DNA of 64,000 nt from Ignavibacteriota bacterium (GTDB lineage Bacteria; Bacteroidota; Ignavibacteria; UBA10030; CAVZMI01), in NCBI GenBank assembly GCA_963776275.1, contig CAVZMI010000023.1, forward strand, positions 96,001-160,000, read 5' to 3'. Under the pieces are notes generated by a model that saw only the letters and a program-made list of their open reading frames with translations, was not told where the DNA came from and made no database searches. The position numbers and the translations under genes were made by a program. Below, in pieces: positions 61,744 to 64,000 of the stretch; positions within the stretch are counted from its first letter, which is position 1; the number at the start of each line of letters is the position of its first letter.

Positions 61744-62151
61744 ATGCAGCCATCCAGTTGGGATAAACGATATAGTGTGGCTATCAGTGCCGTTGACATT
61801 CAACATCAAAGTCTCGTTCATATACTCGATGGACTCACGATGTTAGTCATTCAGAAAAAGGAAATCGGTCTAATTAACCCATTACTTGATAATCTTTTCA
61901 CGGGAGTAAAAGAACATTTTGAATGTGAAGAGAATCTTATGAAGAGTCATCATTATCCGTCGTTTACGATTCATAAAGCCATGCATGATGCTTTTTTAAA
62001 GCAATTATCAAAGGATTACTCGAGTTGGAAAGAAGGGAAAGAATCTCTTTCAATCGAAGGAGTATCTCTTCTTAAACGGTGGTTCATAGATCATATTCTC
62101 GGAGTGGACAGACTTTTAACCCCATTCTTCAACCAGAAGGGGCTCTCCTGA
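61744..62151 (+). CDS. Bacteriohemerythrin
   Basis: WDKRYSV, VDIQHQSL, HFECEE, HKAMH, WFIDHILGVD. Confidence 0.9.
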   Translation: MQPSSWDKRYSVAISAVDIQHQSLVHILDGLTMLVIQKKEIGLINPLLDNLFTGVKEHFECEENLMKSHHYPSFTIHKAMHDAFLKQLSKDYSSWKEGKESLSIEGVSLLKRWFIDHILGVDRLLTPFFNQKGLS

Positions 62152-62271
62152 TAAACATTTTTCTATTTTTCTCCCCTAAGCTATTGATTTGTTCCAGCCT
62201 AAAAAAGTTCTTGATTCTTCACCCGAGAAATCATATATTTTATTAATAAATTCTGCAATTTAATAAAATCC

Positions 62272-62344
62272 GGACAGGTAGCTCAGTTGGTAGAGCAAAG
62301 GACTGAAAATCCTTGTGTCGGGGGTTCGATTCCCTCCCTGTCCA
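62272..62344 (+). tRNA. tRNA-Phe (anticodon GAA)
   Basis: GGACAGG/CCTGTCC acceptor stem, AAGGA-CT-GAA-AA-TCCTT arm, GGTTCGATTCC. Confidence 0.97.
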
Positions 62345-62350
62345 CACCAG

Positions 62351-62383
62351 TGGGATTTCTTGAGCTGAGGAATCCCATTTTTT
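62351..62383 (+). terminator. Intrinsic terminator after tRNA-Phe
   Basis: tgggatt...aatccca followed by a T run. Confidence 0.7.
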
Positions 62384-62444
62384 GTCCCTTTCTTTGTGGA
62401 AAATTTTAGAGAAGATCAAATAATTGTAGAATGATACTCTCTAA

Positions 62445-62537
62445 CACACCCCGCCCTCCCTTCGGGAGGGCATCCCTCGGCTCGCCCCGCCTTCAGCGGG
62501 ACTCGCTCGGGATAAAGCCCCTCTCAGAGAGAGGGGA
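62445..62537. repeat. Cluster of nested REP-like palindromes
   Basis: gccctcccttcgggagggc, cccgccttcagcggg, cccctctcagagagagggg. Confidence 0.65.
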
Positions 62538-62574
62538 CTGTAACGATCCGAGATAATTTGCCCAAGAGAGAGCT

Positions 62575-63255
62575 ATGAAAGAAAAGGCCATAGTCCTCGT
62601 AAGCGGCGGTATGGATAGCTGCGTCACGGCAGCAATTGCTTCACAGCTATACTCCATGGCATTTCTCCATATCAATTACGGTCAACGTACAGAACACCGG
62701 GAATTCAAAGCCTTTTCCGACATTGCCGATTTTTATTCCATCCATCAGCGGTTGGTCGTCGATCTTGGACATCTCCGTATCATTGGAGGATCAAGTTTGA
62801 CCGACCCTAACATCCCGGTCGAACGGGCCGATCTTCAACGTGATGGCGTTCCTTCATCCTATGTCCCGTTTCGAAATGCAAACATGCTCTCTGTTGCAAC
62901 GAGTTGGGGTGAAGTCCTGGGTGCTTCAAGAATTTTTATCGGAGCCGTTGAAGAAGATTCGTCAGGGTATCCCGATTGCCGGAAGGAATTTTATGATGCA
63001 TTCAACGCCGTAATCCGGGCAGGGACAAAACCGGGCAAGCAAATTATTGTCGAGACGCCGATCATCAATCTCTCAAAAGCCGATATCGTACGAAAGGGTG
63101 CAGAGTTGAAAGCTCCGTTTCATTTAACATGGTCGTGTTACCAGGCGGAGGACAGCGCATGCGGTGTGTGCGACAGCTGCGCCCTCCGGCTTCGGGGATT
63201 CCGGCAGGCAGGGATCGAAGATCCGCTGCCGTACACTGTTCGTCCCGTTTATTAA
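62575..63255 (+). CDS. queC: 7-cyano-7-deazaguanine synthase
   Basis: SGGMDS, YGQR, YVPFRNA, YPDCR, TWSCY, CGVCDSC. Confidence 0.97.
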   Translation: MKEKAIVLVSGGMDSCVTAAIASQLYSMAFLHINYGQRTEHREFKAFSDIADFYSIHQRLVVDLGHLRIIGGSSLTDPNIPVERADLQRDGVPSSYVPFRNANMLSVATSWGEVLGASRIFIGAVEEDSSGYPDCRKEFYDAFNAVIRAGTKPGKQIIVETPIINLSKADIVRKGAELKAPFHLTWSCYQAEDSACGVCDSCALRLRGFRQAGIEDPLPYTVRPVY

Positions 63256-63270
63256 TAAACACATAAGGTT

Positions 63271-64000
63271 ATGGAATTACGATCGCGCATCCAATGGATA
63301 TTATTCAATCCGACGAATCATAACTTTCGTTCCGGATGGCGTATTTGCATTTTTATTATTGTTATGTCGTGTCTTACAGCCGGTGCATTTTTCACTGCGA
63401 ATTACTTTTTCCCGGATTCGACGATTGTAATATCGGTTTTCTTGGATGCGGCTCTGATCTGCTCATCGATATTCATGGTCACAGTCATAGACAAACGTCC
63501 GTTCTATTCTTTTGGAATTGCTGTGCGTCGGCGATTTTTTATTGAATGGGGACAGGGACTGTTGATCGCAGGTGTCATGATGACGTTCATTGTTTTTTCA
63601 TTTTTACTTACCGGTACAATTGTCATCACAGGCGAAGGTTTTTCATCGGCGGAGATTGCATCACATCTTCTTAAGGGATTCTTTCTTTTTGCCCTTGCCG
63701 GATTCTGGGAAGAACTTATGTTTCGCGGATATATTTTTCAAACTCTCGTCGAAGGAACAAATCGCCTTATTGCAATTTTGGTGTTTTCGGTCTTTTTCGG
63801 ACTTGCCCATCTCGGCAATCCCCATATTTCGGTGTTTTCAACATTTAATATCATCCTGGCCGGTATTTTTCTTTCTTTGGCATATTTTCGGACAGGGACA
63901 CTCTGGTTCTGCACGGCGTTGCATTTAGGGTGGAATTTCTTCCAGGGAAGCGTCTATTCACTACCGGTGAGCGGTATGGTAACATCTGATATTACTGTAT
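63271..64000 (+). CDS. CPBP (CAAX/Abi) intramembrane metalloprotease, 3'-truncated by window edge
   Basis: Open frame from ATG 63271; WEELMFRGY, FGLAHLGNP, LHLGWNFFQG. Confidence 0.9.
   Translation, partial: MELRSRIQWILFNPTNHNFRSGWRICIFIIVMSCLTAGAFFTANYFFPDSTIVISVFLDAALICSSIFMVTVIDKRPFYSFGIAVRRRFFIEWGQGLLIAGVMMTFIVFSFLLTGTIVITGEGFSSAEIASHLLKGFFLFALAGFWEELMFRGYIFQTLVEGTNRLIAILVFSVFFGLAHLGNPHISVFSTFNIILAGIFLSLAYFRTGTLWFCTALHLGWNFFQGSVYSLPVSGMVTSDITV

Noticed and set aside
62575-63255. queC as part of a 7-deazaguanine DNA-modification or QatC-type defence system
   Set aside because: It is a canonical-length queC in core context outside the island, with no dpd or qat genes nearby

Overview
Bacterial chromosome window, most likely from an Ignavibacteriota/Bacteroidota-type organism (several proteins end in a T9SS C-terminal sorting domain, xQNYPNPFNP...KKLVLLR; long SecA). 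Positions 1-24655 and 60974-64000 are housekeeping: two dacB, secA, glnB, era, M1 peptidase, uvrC, OPT transporter, pepT, PAS hybrid kinase, APC permease, rubrerythrin, hemerythrin, tRNA-Phe, queC and a CPBP protease. Between tRNA-Val(CAC) (25094-25168) and about 60894 lies a ~36 kb accessory region of about 30 genes, all co-oriented except one REP-associated tyrosine transposase (RAYT). It behaves like an integron cassette array with no integrase in the window: matching GTTRRRY/RYYYAAC ends bracket single genes and there is one complete ~197 bp attC. Most junctions are instead mosaics of half-attC sites, three unidentified repeat families (A x8, C x4, D x2) and IS3-type end stubs. Cargo shifts from secreted/T9SS proteins to defence-like genes (PD-(D/E)XK, HEPN-like, TIR-TM, DUF2971, Type IIG R-M). 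The most unusual signal is a family of nested palindromic micro-insertions (TCC...GGA) that repeatedly sit exactly in AG^CT, with no target duplication, inside tRNA 5' copies and attC arms. Several single-base-deletion frameshifts look like sequencing errors. All family calls come from motif recognition by eye, not database searches.
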